Assembly: GCA_002480015.1 (NCBI GenBank)
Contig: DLQD01000152.1
Span: forward strand, 7,517-71,516
Source: Opitutia bacterium UBA7441
Lineage (GTDB): Bacteria > Verrucomicrobiota > Verrucomicrobiia > Opitutales > Coraliomargaritaceae
Direction of reading: 5' to 3'
Length of the DNA: 64,000 nucleotides
Made by a program: the position numbers and the translations under genes. A model generated the notes under the pieces. It was not told the DNA's origin. It saw only the letters and a list, made by a program, of their open reading frames with translations, and did no database searches. Every line of letters starts with the position of its first letter. Positions within the stretch are counted from its first letter, which is position 1. Of the stretch, positions 34,685-44,800 are shown one piece after another.

Positions 34685-35644
34685 ATGACTAAATTATACG
34701 CCTCCATCGTCGACACCGTGGGTAGCACCCCACTTGTTAAAATAAACAATACTACTGCTGGTCTTGCAGCCGATATTTACCTGAAGTGTGAGTTTTTTAA
34801 TCCCCTTGCCAGCGTCAAAGATCGCATCGGTAAGGCCATGATCGAGGCCGCCGAGCGTGAGGGTAAGCTCAATGCCAATAGCATCGTGATCGAGCCGACA
34901 TCAGGTAACACGGGTATCGCCCTGGCCTTCGTTTGCGCGGCCAAGGGCTACAAGCTCATTCTGACCATGCCGGAAACCATGTCGGTCGAGCGTCGCGTGC
35001 TCCTTCGGATGCTGGGCGCTGAGATCGTTTTGACCCCCGGGCCCAAGGGTATGCCGGGTGCGATCGCCCGCGCCGGTGAGTTGGTCGAGGAATATGGCGA
35101 GAACGCCTTCATGCCGCAGCAATTCGAAAACCCTGCCAATCCCGAAGCGCACCGCCAGACCACGGCGGAGGAAATCTGGGCGGCGAGCGACGGCAAGATC
35201 GACGCCTTCGTCGCAGGGGTGGGCACGGGCGGCACTATCACCGGCGTGTCCGAGGTTATCAAGTCCCGGAAGGAACTCTACACTGTTGCAGTCGAGCCCG
35301 AAGCGAGCCCCGTTATTTCGGGTGGCCAACCGGGCCCGCACAAAATCCAGGGAATCGGTGCCGGATTCATTCCTAAGAATTGCAACGTAGATATCATCGA
35401 TGACATTATCAAAGTCTCGAACGAAGACGCCTTCGCCACCGCCCAATCGCTGGCTGAGAAGGATGGCATCCTCGGTGGTATTTCCACAGGAGCCAACGTT
35501 TGGGCTGCGATGCAACTCGCCAAGCGCCCTGAAATGGCCGGCAAGATGATCGTGACCATCGGTTGCAGCTTTGGTGAACGCTATCTCTCGACTCCGCTGG
35601 CTGAAAAAGCCCGTGAAGAAATGATGGCCGCGACTGTGGGTTGA
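34685..35644 (+). CDS. cysK: Cysteine synthase A
   Basis: [38 protein letters not shown]. Confidence 0.97.
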   Translation: MTKLYASIVDTVGSTPLVKINNTTAGLAADIYLKCEFFNPLASVKDRIGKAMIEAAEREGKLNANSIVIEPTSGNTGIALAFVCAAKGYKLILTMPETMSVERRVLLRMLGAEIVLTPGPKGMPGAIARAGELVEEYGENAFMPQQFENPANPEAHRQTTAEEIWAASDGKIDAFVAGVGTGGTITGVSEVIKSRKELYTVAVEPEASPVISGGQPGPHKIQGIGAGFIPKNCNVDIIDDIIKVSNEDAFATAQSLAEKDGILGGISTGANVWAAMQLAKRPEMAGKMIVTIGCSFGERYLSTPLAEKAREEMMAATVG

Positions 35645-35739
35645 GAACTGCAGACCCCTTTAGTATCCATCTGATATTGAAATAATTATGAAATTCAGTT
35701 TCAAGCGAATCTTCCCTTGCGCGGCAGTATGCTAGTAGC

Positions 35740-36270
35740 CTAGGTCTGGGTGGCCTTGCGTCCCCCTCGCGGCCTCCACTCCAATAGTCGTCGATAGCTA
35801 TGCCAGCGTGCGTAAACTAACACAGCGACCCACGCTCCCAGCGTATCGGCCAGCCAGTCGGCCAGTTCGACGCTGCGTCCGGGGGTGAACGATTGGCGGA
35901 CTTCGTCGAAGCCGCCGTAGAGCGAGGCGATGAGTGCGGCCATAAGTAGGCTCCGTTGTCGCAGATCTCGCAATTTTGGTGTCCGCAGGATGGCGGTAGC
36001 GAGTAGGCCGAAGACCAGAAAGTGCCCCAGTTTATCTTTGGAGAATTGAAAGCCGAGGTCGGGCGTGGCGAGCTGTTGTGCTCCGGAAGCGGTGAAAATG
36101 GCCAAGGCCAAGAGGCCAGGCCAGAGGTAGGCGCGCGTTGGTGCATAAAAGCTTTGGTTTGTCAGCCTGCGTTCGCTGCCTGTCGGGTTTTGGGAGTTGG
36201 GCGTCTTGGGTCCGACGGATGGCTCGGGCTTGATTTGCGAGTTGGGGCGAGTACGCTTTGAATACTTCAT
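35740..36270 (-). CDS. VanZ family membrane protein (start uncertain)
   Basis: DKLGHFLVFG, YGGFDEVRQSFTPGRS, DWLAD. Confidence 0.85.
   Translation of the reverse strand: MKYSKRTRPNSQIKPEPSVGPKTPNSQNPTGSERRLTNQSFYAPTRAYLWPGLLALAIFTASGAQQLATPDLGFQFSKDKLGHFLVFGLLATAILRTPKLRDLRQRSLLMAALIASLYGGFDEVRQSFTPGRSVELADWLADTLGAWVAVLVYARWHSYRRLLEWRPRGGRKATQT
36185..36210 (+). repeat. G-rich short repeat/G-quadruplex motif at the 5' end of the VanZ gene
   Basis: GGG-TTTT-GGG-AGTT-GGG-CGTCTT-GGG. Confidence 0.7.
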
Positions 36271-36287
36271 CTTTTTTGCGCCACGCT

Positions 36288-36938
36288 TTATAGGCGTTTC
36301 ATGTATTTCTTACCGTTGAGATCGACGAAGAGCACTTGCCTTTCCTGAATGAGCATAATTTTGATGCCCAGCTTGTAATGTACGTAGTCACCTACCGCAT
36401 AGGCCTTGCCGTTGACGATAACTTTACTCTCCGTATCCGAGATGCGGACGCCGGAGAGTTTCGCGTTACCAAGCCAGGCAATGATGTCTTCGCTCGGTTG
36501 GGCAGCGGCTGTGGCTGGGGTGGCCGCTTCGGCTTCAGTCGCCTCGCGCGCTTTGCGCAGTTCTTCGAAGTCACTGGGCTTTGCGGCGGGCGCCGCCGGC
36601 CTAGTTGCGGCCGGAGGACTGGGGAGTACATCCAGTGGGGCGGGCGCAGGAGCAGACGATGGCGGTTCCGCGACGGGGTCGCTTTGCGGCGTCGCTGCCG
36701 GGGCAGCAGCCACCCGTGTGAGCGGCGTGGAATCGCCCTTGAAGATGACGACGCTGAGCCCGGCCACAAGCCCCACGAGAATAGCCACCGCAATGACTAG
36801 GCCTATCACGAGTGCCGGACGCATCCCTCTGGCCGTCGAACTGGCGTAGGCTGTGGGCGTCTGCTCGCCTCCTAGGGGCCTACGGCTGGGGGTGCGGTCG
36901 CGTTGTGCTTTTCGCAGGGCTTGGTTGATGAGGGACAT
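36288..36938 (-). CDS. GspB/ExeB-like bitopic protein
   Basis: MSLINQALRKAQ N-terminus, one TM helix, Pro/Ala linker and small C-terminal beta domain; directly downstream of the ExeA-like gene. Confidence 0.7.
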   Translation of the reverse strand: MSLINQALRKAQRDRTPSRRPLGGEQTPTAYASSTARGMRPALVIGLVIAVAILVGLVAGLSVVIFKGDSTPLTRVAAAPAATPQSDPVAEPPSSAPAPAPLDVLPSPPAATRPAAPAAKPSDFEELRKAREATEAEAATPATAAAQPSEDIIAWLGNAKLSGVRISDTESKVIVNGKAYAVGDYVHYKLGIKIMLIQERQVLFVDLNGKKYMKRL

Positions 36939-36939
36939 T

Positions 36940-37020
36940 AGTTGAGTGGTCGATTGGTTGAGTTCTTAAGTGGTCTGATTGGCGTAAAGTAGACTGCTCT
37001 ACGACTTGACCACTTGACTG
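36940..37020. repeat. Degenerate octamer repeats in inverted arms
   Basis: ttgagtgg/tcgattgg/ttaagtgg ... gacttgaccacttgact. Confidence 0.55.
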
Positions 37021-37025
37021 TATCG

Positions 37026-37844
37026 CTATCGATGTAACCGTTTGATATCTTTAAGAGCCTTACGCACATCCCAGTAGTTGACTTCATTGTCGTTGCGTAT
37101 GAACGTGGAGAGAAGAGATTTGTCGCAAATATTATTAATCATCCGCGGTATGCCCAAGCTGCCGGCTGCGATTTTCTTAATTGCCCGAGAGGTAAAATGG
37201 AGTGGCCCTTTGCAGCCGGCTAGAGAGAGGCGATGAAGAATGTAAAGGTGCACTTCGTTCGGTGTGAGGGGTTTAAGGTCGTAGTGCACGAGCACTCGCT
37301 GACGTAATTGACGGAGGCGGTCCTCTTTCAGCTTATCGTTGAGCTCCGGCTGCCCGATGAGTATGATCTGAAGGAGCTTTTGATCGTAGGTCTCCAGGTT
37401 GGAGAGCATGCGCAGCATTTCCATGATTTCGAACGACAAGTTCTGTGCCTCATCGATGATGACCACGATCTCACGCTCGGCGTGAATGCGTTCGAGTAGA
37501 ACATCATTCATCTTGTCGAGCAGGTCGTTTTTCGATCGGGCTTTGGCTTCTTCGCCCAGCTCCTTCATGATGCCGCGAAGTAATTGTGTTTCCGACACGC
37601 GCGGGTTGAGTAGGAGCGCGGTATCGACCTCCTCGCGATTTTCCAGCTCTTCCAATAGTTTGCGGCAGAGCGTGGTTTTTCCACAGCCGACTTCGCCGGT
37701 TAGCACGATGAAGCCTTTCTTTTCTTCGATTCCGTAACGGAGATGCTGGAGCGCCTCTTCGTGGGTGGGACTGAGGAAGAGGAAACGCGGATTAGGCGTC
37801 ACATGAAAGGGCATTTCCTTAAATCCGAAGTATTCGAGATACAT
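37026..37844 (-). CDS. ExeA/GspA-family AAA ATPase (ATPase domain only)
   Basis: MYLEYFG..PF, GEVGCGKTT, IIDEAQNL, GQPEL, RQLRQR, GIPRMINNICD. Confidence 0.9.
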   Translation of the reverse strand: MYLEYFGFKEMPFHVTPNPRFLFLSPTHEEALQHLRYGIEEKKGFIVLTGEVGCGKTTLCRKLLEELENREEVDTALLLNPRVSETQLLRGIMKELGEEAKARSKNDLLDKMNDVLLERIHAEREIVVIIDEAQNLSFEIMEMLRMLSNLETYDQKLLQIILIGQPELNDKLKEDRLRQLRQRVLVHYDLKPLTPNEVHLYILHRLSLAGCKGPLHFTSRAIKKIAAGSLGIPRMINNICDKSLLSTFIRNDNEVNYWDVRKALKDIKRLHR

Positions 37845-37902
37845 AGCTTAGTGTAGAATACCCTTTCCATATCTGGAAAAATGGCCTTTTTTAGAATGTC
37901 TG

Positions 37903-38208
37903 ATGTCAAAAAAAACCGCCCAGCGAAAAGAACGTGCTTTGGTGCTCATGTTGATGGGCATGTTGTGCGTGTTGGTCGTATTTTTTGGCGGACTCGTGTT
38001 AAAGACGCATCGAGAATACCAAAACTTTCAAGCGCGTGAAAATAGGATCGAGGCCAAGCTCATACAAGCTCGAAAAGAGTTTGCCCAAAAAGAGGCCTAC
38101 ATGGCGCGTTTGATCAACGACCCCGAGTTTCTGGAGCGAGTCGTCCGCGAGCGGCTTGGTTACGCGCGTCCGGATGAGTTGCTCTTTCGTTTTTCGGAAG
38201 AGCCGTAG
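37903..38208 (+). CDS. ftsB: FtsB/DivIC septum formation initiator
   Basis: TM helix, coiled coil and 'DPEFLERVVRERLGYARPDE'. Confidence 0.85.
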   Translation: MSKKTAQRKERALVLMLMGMLCVLVVFFGGLVLKTHREYQNFQARENRIEAKLIQARKEFAQKEAYMARLINDPEFLERVVRERLGYARPDELLFRFSEEP

Positions 38209-38295
38209 GGGACGAAGGGGAGACGTTTGACGTCTATTTGACGGATACTCGCGTTCGGGTTTGCTTTTTTCGGCACGGCTTTCCACCCTAGATTT

Positions 38296-39726
38296 ATGTC
38301 AATATCCACAAAGGCACTCATTGAGTCCTTCGCTCAAGCAGGGCAGGGGCAAGTCTTTCAATTTTTCGATCAATTGGACGCGGACGGCCAAGCTCGGCTC
38401 GTCGCTCAAGCTGAGACGATCGATTTGGCGGAGGTCGATGCCCTCGTCGCAGAGCACGTCAAAGCTGCACACGAATCCAAGCTCAATCTCGATGGCCTCC
38501 AGCCCGCGTCTTACAAGGCGCTTCCAAGCAAGGGCGGCGATTCCGCTCAATGGAAAGCCGCATGGGATGCTGGTTCGGCTGCGATCCAGGCGGGCCGCGT
38601 CGCTGCCTTCACCGTAGCCGGCGGCCAGGGCACACGCCTCGGCTACGACGGCCCGAAGGGCACCTATCCCATTACACCAGTCACAGAAAAGACCCTCTTT
38701 CAGGTCTTCGCCGAGAAAATCGCCCGTTCCGGGGAGCGCTTCGGCGTAACGATTCCCTGGTTTATCCTGACCAGCGAGATAAACAACGATGCCACTGTTG
38801 CGGCTTTTGAGGCGGCAGATTACTTCGGCCTCGACCGCGGGTCGGTCCATTTCATCGTCCAAGGGCTCGTGCCCGCCGTGGACTGCGAGGGAAAGATCTT
38901 GCTGGCGGCAAAGGGTAAAATTGCTATGACGCCCGACGGTCACGGCGGTTCCCTGCGCGCCCTCGTTCGCTCCGGTGCGATCGACAAAATGAAAGCACAA
39001 GGCATCGACATCGTCAGTTATTTCCAGGTCGACAACCCGATCGTGCAGTGCATCGATCCAGCCTTCATCGGCTTCCATGTCCTTGGGCAGTCGGAGCTTT
39101 CCAGTAAGATGGTGCCCAAAGCCTACGCGCTCGAAAAGGTCGGGCACTTCTGCATGCAATATGGCACCGCGCTTGTCGTCGAATACAGTGACATGCCCGC
39201 AGAGCTACAGGAGGCGACCAATGAGGATGGGTTTATCCGCTTCAACGGGGGGAGCGTGGCTATCCATGTTTTCGACCGCGACTTCATCGGCCGAGCGGGG
39301 GGCACTGGCGAGGGTGCCAAGCTTCCTTTTCACCGCGCCGATAAAAAGATTCCTTATGTCGACGCTAGCGGAGAGACGATCAAGCCAGACGAGCCCAACG
39401 GCGTGAAATTCGAAATGTTCGTCTTCGACGCGCTGCCTCTTGCCAAAAACCCCGTCATTATCGAAGCCTCGCGCGCAGACGACTTCAGCCCAGTGAAAAA
39501 CGCCGATGGCGTCGATTCGCCAAAGACCTGCAAAGAAGACCAGCTTCGCATGTTTGCCCGTTGGCTTAAGGCCGCCGGCGAGCGCATCGAGACGGACGAC
39601 AGCGGTTTGCCAAAAATCACTTTTGAAATCAGCCCACGCTTCGCGGCTGACGAAGCTGACTTTGTCGCCCAGTGGGGCGGGCTCGACCCTAAACCGGCGA
39701 TCACCGAAGGCACGGTGATCAAGTAG
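38296..39726 (+). CDS. UDPGP type 1 family protein (eukaryote-type UDP-GlcNAc/UDP-sugar pyrophosphorylase)
   Basis: AGGQGTRLG..PKG, PDGHGG, QVDNP, VVEYSD, KFEMFVFD, FSPVKN. Confidence 0.92.
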   Translation: MSISTKALIESFAQAGQGQVFQFFDQLDADGQARLVAQAETIDLAEVDALVAEHVKAAHESKLNLDGLQPASYKALPSKGGDSAQWKAAWDAGSAAIQAGRVAAFTVAGGQGTRLGYDGPKGTYPITPVTEKTLFQVFAEKIARSGERFGVTIPWFILTSEINNDATVAAFEAADYFGLDRGSVHFIVQGLVPAVDCEGKILLAAKGKIAMTPDGHGGSLRALVRSGAIDKMKAQGIDIVSYFQVDNPIVQCIDPAFIGFHVLGQSELSSKMVPKAYALEKVGHFCMQYGTALVVEYSDMPAELQEATNEDGFIRFNGGSVAIHVFDRDFIGRAGGTGEGAKLPFHRADKKIPYVDASGETIKPDEPNGVKFEMFVFDALPLAKNPVIIEASRADDFSPVKNADGVDSPKTCKEDQLRMFARWLKAAGERIETDDSGLPKITFEISPRFAADEADFVAQWGGLDPKPAITEGTVIK

Positions 39727-39763
39727 TCAATCACCACTCCACCTTGAATTTTACATCCACACC

Positions 39764-41728
39764 ATGCGCTTAATTGAAGAAATTGAATCCGCCGGAGCCC
39801 AGGGCTCTCTTTTGGAAAGCACCGTCGCCAATTTGAAGATTTGGGCGAACGCCGACTTCCTGCCCGATTGGGTGGGTGCCAGCATTGCCGAACTTGTCGA
39901 GAAGAGCGCATGGGAAGAGCTGAATGACCGCTTTTACCAAAACATGGCCTTCGGAACCGGGGGCATCCGTGGGCGCACGATCGGTAAAATCACGACTGCC
40001 GCTGAGACGGGTAAGCTCTCAGAAATGGGCACGCCCGAGCACGCCGCGGTCGGTACGAACGTGCTGAACGATTTCAACCTCATCCGAGCGACCGTGGGTA
40101 TGTTCCGCTACGTGGAGAAATATCTCAAAGACAGCGGCCGATATGATTTGCCGCGCTTTGTGATCGCCCACGATGTACGCCACTTCTCCCGCCACTTCTG
40201 TGAGCTCGCGGCTTCGACTTGGTGTAAGCTTGGTGGACAGGCCTTGATTTTCGAGGGACCACGCTCCACTCCTCAGTTGAGCTTCGCGGTTCGCCAGTTC
40301 AAAGCTACCTGTGGAGCAGTCATTACTGCCAGTCATAATCCCCCGCACGACAATGGTTTTAAAGCTTACTTTGAGGACGGTGCACAGGTGGTCTCTCCAC
40401 ACGCCGAAGGCATTGTCGATCTCGTTAATCAGGTGGGACTCGAGGAGCTGACTCAGTTCCTCGACGTCGATCTTAGCCCAGTCATCGTGCTGGATGCAAA
40501 AGCGGACGAGCCATACCTCTCGATGCTGGAAGAAATGGTCGTCGATACCGACGTTATGAAAAACGAGTCGCCCAAGGTAGTTTTCTCGCCGATCCACGGC
40601 TGCGGTGCGATCAGCTCGGTGCCGGTGTTGAAAAAACTCGGTGTCGAAGTCATCGAAGTGCCTGAGCAGATGCAACCGGACGGGCGTTTCCCGACCGTCA
40701 AATCGCCCAACCCGGAGAACGCCGAAGCTCTTGAAATGGCCATTGCTAAGGCCAACGAAACCAAGGCCGATGTTGTCCTCGCAACGGATCCTGATGCCGA
40801 CCGTATGGGCGTCGCCGTCCGGAGTCGAGCGGGCGAAATGGTGCTACTTTCCGGCAATCAAATCGGCACACTGCTGGCTGAGTATCGTATCTCCACCCTG
40901 AAAGATGCGGAGATTATCCCCGAAGATGGTGGGGACAACACCGTCCTGATCAAAACTTTCGTCACCAGCCCGATGCAGGAAGCTGTCGCCACCTGGCATG
41001 GCCTGAAGACGATAAATACCCTGACCGGCTTTAAATGGATCGGCGAAAAGCTCGCTGCTTATCAGGCCGAGATGGAGGCCGCGCTTTTTGAGAAGGAGGG
41101 CCTCGTCGTCGATTACGACGCTTGTGATGTCTGGACGAAGGCCGACCTCATGCTGGATTACTCGACTTATTTCGTCTTTGGCGGTGAGGAGAGCTATGGC
41201 TATCTGGCGAGCGATAAGGTGCGCGACAAAGATGCCAATGCCGCGGTTGTCATGTTCTGCGAACTGGCCGCATACTTGAAGGCTCAAGAAATGACCTTTC
41301 CCGAGTATTTGGACGCATTGTATTTGCAGCATGGATACTACGAAGAAAAGACCATTAACATCTACTATGAGGGTGCTGCCGGTTCGCAGAAGATCAAAAA
41401 CATCCTCGAGTCCTACCGCGAGAATCCGCCCAAGGTCTTTGGCGAGGTGAGCGTTTCTGGCTTCATCGACTTCGGCAAGGATGAGATCATCGATGCCGAC
41501 GGCAAGCGCATCCCGCCGCAGGATTTTTACTTCCTCGAGCTGGGTAACGGCTACAGTTTCGCGGTCCGCGGTTCCGGTACCGAGCCTAAAATTAAGTTCT
41601 ACGTATTCGGCCGCTCTGATGTGACCGACCCGGAAGAACTCGATCAGGTCAAAACCGATGCTGCGGAAATCATGCAAAGCATGCTCGCCGCGATCGAAGC
41701 CGACGCCCGCAAACGCGCTGAAAAGTAG
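39764..41728 (+). CDS. Phosphoglucomutase/phosphomannomutase
   Basis: FGTGGIRG, TASHNP, DPDADR, EESYG, RGSGTEPKIK. Confidence 0.95.
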   Translation: MRLIEEIESAGAQGSLLESTVANLKIWANADFLPDWVGASIAELVEKSAWEELNDRFYQNMAFGTGGIRGRTIGKITTAAETGKLSEMGTPEHAAVGTNVLNDFNLIRATVGMFRYVEKYLKDSGRYDLPRFVIAHDVRHFSRHFCELAASTWCKLGGQALIFEGPRSTPQLSFAVRQFKATCGAVITASHNPPHDNGFKAYFEDGAQVVSPHAEGIVDLVNQVGLEELTQFLDVDLSPVIVLDAKADEPYLSMLEEMVVDTDVMKNESPKVVFSPIHGCGAISSVPVLKKLGVEVIEVPEQMQPDGRFPTVKSPNPENAEALEMAIAKANETKADVVLATDPDADRMGVAVRSRAGEMVLLSGNQIGTLLAEYRISTLKDAEIIPEDGGDNTVLIKTFVTSPMQEAVATWHGLKTINTLTGFKWIGEKLAAYQAEMEAALFEKEGLVVDYDACDVWTKADLMLDYSTYFVFGGEESYGYLASDKVRDKDANAAVVMFCELAAYLKAQEMTFPEYLDALYLQHGYYEEKTINIYYEGAAGSQKIKNILESYRENPPKVFGEVSVSGFIDFGKDEIIDADGKRIPPQDFYFLELGNGYSFAVRGSGTEPKIKFYVFGRSDVTDPEELDQVKTDAAEIMQSMLAAIEADARKRAEK

Positions 41729-41872
41729 TCGGGTTGGCTTTGCCGCCCGCTCGCATGCACGGTTCAGTTATTTTTCCTTCGAGAACTCTTGGTCAGACCT
41801 AGCGGGGCGGCCAGCCAACACTGCTACAATGCATGGTGCAAAAAAACGCTCCATAGGGCGCTTTGTAAAACC

Positions 41873-43135
41873 TTATGGATCTGATCGCTTCAACCTGTCC
41901 GTCACATTCAAATGTTTAGTCAAGAAGATCTGGCTAGGGATTTTCCAAGGAGACAGCTTTCCGCGACAATGATTCCGGATCTTACGTTTCCACTCGCGTA
42001 TGTCTCGATCCGAGGAGGTGACTATTTTTGCACAGATTTTATTGCCCGTAATCGGATCACCGACCCCGTAAACGTGGCTGGCTTCGATGCCTTCAATTGT
42101 ATCGAGTTGCGCTTCCACTTCGGCAGGGTGAACTTTTCGTCCGCCAACATTGATAAGCGCGCTGGTGCGGCCGATAATGCGGAGATTGCCGGCCTCATCG
42201 GTTTCGACGAGGTCGCCGGTGGCATACCAGCCGTCCGCCTCTAGGTTGTTCGAAGCGGCGTTGAGATAGCCGAGTATACGTGACGGTGTTTTGAGCCAGA
42301 GTTCGTCTTCGACGATTTTCCATTCTGTATCTGAGTCTTCGATACGAAAAAAAAGACTGTGCTTGTCGACGCTTTTGATGCGGATCGCTCCTGTTTCGCT
42401 GGTGCCGAACTTTTGCTGGAGTTGCGCTTTGGGGAAAGCTACTGCCAAGCGTTGGAGAACCTTTTGCGGCATGGCTTCCGCTCCGTAGGCGATGATCTCG
42501 ACGGAACTGAGGTCGTATGTTTCGGCGACATGTGAGAGAAGCATTAAGTTGAGGAAGGTGGGTGAGGCGGGGAGCACGTTGGCTTTGTGCCTGGCTATGG
42601 CAGTGGCTGCGGCCTCTGGCGTGCGGCTCTCGGGGACGATGAGCGTCGACCCTGAGAAGAGGCAACGGAAGGCGGAGTCTAGCCCACCGATATGATCGAT
42701 CAGGAGAAGCAAGAGGCTTCGGTCCTGGCGACTTTTGAGGCTCTGATAGCGGTTTAAAAGCGCGTCGAAGTTATGCAGCATGCTTTTCGGTTCGCCGCTC
42801 GTTCCGCTGCTGAAGAGTATGAGGCCACTGCCTTCAAGCCGATCGTAGAGTGGGGAGGATGCGGCGATCCGTCGCATGCGGGCACACTCGGTAGTCGGTA
42901 TTTCCAGCGGAAGCGGGAGAGCGATTTGGCCGCGTTCGGCGATGGCAAGCAGGGTGGCGAGGCCTTCGATTGTGGTCGGCGCTTGGACTTCAATGACCGC
43001 GGATTTGGCACGAGGCAGATCGGCGGCGGTTTGCTCGATGAGTTCTATGAACTCCGCGTATGTCCATGCTCGCCCAGCTTCGAAGCAAGCAGTGCGCTCG
43101 GCGTAGGTTTGCAGTTTTGTATGGATCCACTTCAT
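41873..43135 (-). CDS. AMP-dependent acyl-ACP/CoA ligase
   Basis: FSSGTSGEPK, FGTSE, TGD, GR...INVGG, WKIP. Confidence 0.9.
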   Translation of the reverse strand: MKWIHTKLQTYAERTACFEAGRAWTYAEFIELIEQTAADLPRAKSAVIEVQAPTTIEGLATLLAIAERGQIALPLPLEIPTTECARMRRIAASSPLYDRLEGSGLILFSSGTSGEPKSMLHNFDALLNRYQSLKSRQDRSLLLLLIDHIGGLDSAFRCLFSGSTLIVPESRTPEAAATAIARHKANVLPASPTFLNLMLLSHVAETYDLSSVEIIAYGAEAMPQKVLQRLAVAFPKAQLQQKFGTSETGAIRIKSVDKHSLFFRIEDSDTEWKIVEDELWLKTPSRILGYLNAASNNLEADGWYATGDLVETDEAGNLRIIGRTSALINVGGRKVHPAEVEAQLDTIEGIEASHVYGVGDPITGNKICAKIVTSSDRDIREWKRKIRNHCRGKLSPWKIPSQIFLTKHLNVTDRLKRSDP

Positions 43136-43169
43136 GCCACCAATTGCATTAGCTTGCTTCTACCCATGA

Positions 43170-43865
43170 CTAGCACACACCGCCGAGATACAGCACCTGT
43201 CCGGTGATGAAATTGCTCTCCTCGCGCAGGTAAAAGTCGACGGCGTTAATCACGTCTCTGACTTCGCCCAGACGTTGGATTGCCTGTCGAGCGATTAGCG
43301 CATCCATCTTGGCCTGCGGCACGCCGCGGATAAGGTCAGTTTCAATCGGAGTGGGGCCAATCGCGTTGACAGTGATGCGCAGTTCGGCCAGCTCGCGGGC
43401 TAGGATACGGGTCAGGCTTTCAACGGCGGCTTTGCTGGCGGCATAGATGGCTTCGCCCTCAAGGTTGAGAGGGTGAGCAACTGTAGTGAAATTTACGATA
43501 CGGCCGGTCTTCGTCCTGCGCATGAGCTTAGCCATTTCACGGCAGAAGAGAAAGGTACCGAGCACGTTCGTCTGGAGGATGCGATTGACCGTACTGGCGG
43601 GGGTGAGCAGCGCGTGGTTCATCGAGGCGATACCTGCGTTGTTAAGTAAGGCTTCGACCTGGCCATAGTCGGAGTGAAGTGTACGCGCCATCGCAACGAC
43701 GGCGTTTTCATCGCTCACGTCGAGTTCGAAGTGGCGGTAGTTGACATGCTTGATACTGGCTTCGCCGCGTGAGCAACCTGCTACGCGCCAACCTTCGCCG
43801 AGGTAGTGTTGGGCCAGTGCTTGTCCAATACCCTTGCGTGTTCCAGTGATGACGATTGTTTTCAT
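43170..43865 (-). CDS. SDR, 3-oxoacyl-ACP reductase-like
   Basis: TGTRKGIG, NNAG, YAASK, ITGQ. Confidence 0.9.
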   Translation of the reverse strand: MKTIVITGTRKGIGQALAQHYLGEGWRVAGCSRGEASIKHVNYRHFELDVSDENAVVAMARTLHSDYGQVEALLNNAGIASMNHALLTPASTVNRILQTNVLGTFLFCREMAKLMRRTKTGRIVNFTTVAHPLNLEGEAIYAASKAAVESLTRILARELAELRITVNAIGPTPIETDLIRGVPQAKMDALIARQAIQRLGEVRDVINAVDFYLREESNFITGQVLYLGGVC

Positions 43866-44158
43866 GAGGGCATTCTTTCGATCACCGCATCGACTAGGGC
43901 AGCGACGCTGCGGTAGGGTGAGTGACGGGCGCTCATCGCTTTCTCATCGGCCAGTGTGACAGAAACTCCGAATTTTTCGGTGAGCGCATCTTCGACGTCA
44001 GCGATGAGGTTGACGAGTGCCATGCTGTCGAGGGCACCGCCTTCGCCGTAGAGCGGGCTGTGGGTGGTCGGGCTTTTCAGAGCGTTGAGCTCAAAGTCTT
44101 CGGCCAGTAGCCGGACTGCATCCAGTATCAGGGCTTCGATGGCGTGGCGGTCAGGCAT
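43862..44158 (-). CDS. Acyl carrier protein
   Basis: LDSM phosphopantetheinylation motif; overlaps the SDR start (ATGA). Confidence 0.85.
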   Translation of the reverse strand: MPDRHAIEALILDAVRLLAEDFELNALKSPTTHSPLYGEGGALDSMALVNLIADVEDALTEKFGVSVTLADEKAMSARHSPYRSVAALVDAVIERMPS

Positions 44159-44171
44159 AGTCTATGGGGGC

Positions 44172-44747
44172 TTAATCTTCGTGGCCAAAGAATTCACTGC
44201 GGGTGGCGAGGCCTTCTTCGGTGATATTGTCGCGACGGAGCACGGTTAAAACAGTTAAACCGAGAATTTTCAGATCGAGCAAGAAGGAACGGTGCTCGAC
44301 ATACCAGACGTCCAGCTTGAATTGGCATTCCCAGGTTAGTCCGTTGCGTCCGTTGACTTGTGCCCAGCCAGTGATGCCGGGGCGTACTTCGTGGCGGCGG
44401 GCCTGCTCCGAGGAGTAACGATTCAGGTAATGCGTGGGGAGTGGACGAGGCCCCACCAAACTCATGTCGCCCTTGATTACATTCCACAGTTCGGGCAATT
44501 CGTCGATGCTGGTCGAACGGAGAAACCGCCCCCATGCGGTGAGGCGATCGGCATCGTTCCCGATACCCTCCCGCATGCTGCGGAATTTGAGAATGTCAAA
44601 GGGGCGTCCTCCCTGGCCAGCACGGGTTTGCCGAAAAAAAAGTGGTCGGCCAAACTGGATAGCCTGCAAAATGATTACAATTACTAGCGGGAGACTGAGT
44701 GCAAAGAGCAGCAGCAGGGTGCAGATGATATCAAAGGCGCGCTTCAT
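44172..44747 (-). CDS. Monotopic phosphoglycosyl transferase (PglC-like sugar transferase)
   Basis: MKRAFDI, KFRSM, SIDELPELWNV, VGPRP, RPGITGWAQVNGR, DVWY. Confidence 0.94.
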   Translation of the reverse strand: MKRAFDIICTLLLLFALSLPLVIVIILQAIQFGRPLFFRQTRAGQGGRPFDILKFRSMREGIGNDADRLTAWGRFLRSTSIDELPELWNVIKGDMSLVGPRPLPTHYLNRYSSEQARRHEVRPGITGWAQVNGRNGLTWECQFKLDVWYVEHRSFLLDLKILGLTVLTVLRRDNITEEGLATRSEFFGHED

Positions 44748-44800
44748 GAAAGGTTTTTTGTAAGGAGATATTACGAGCAGCGATATCATTGATCTATGCA

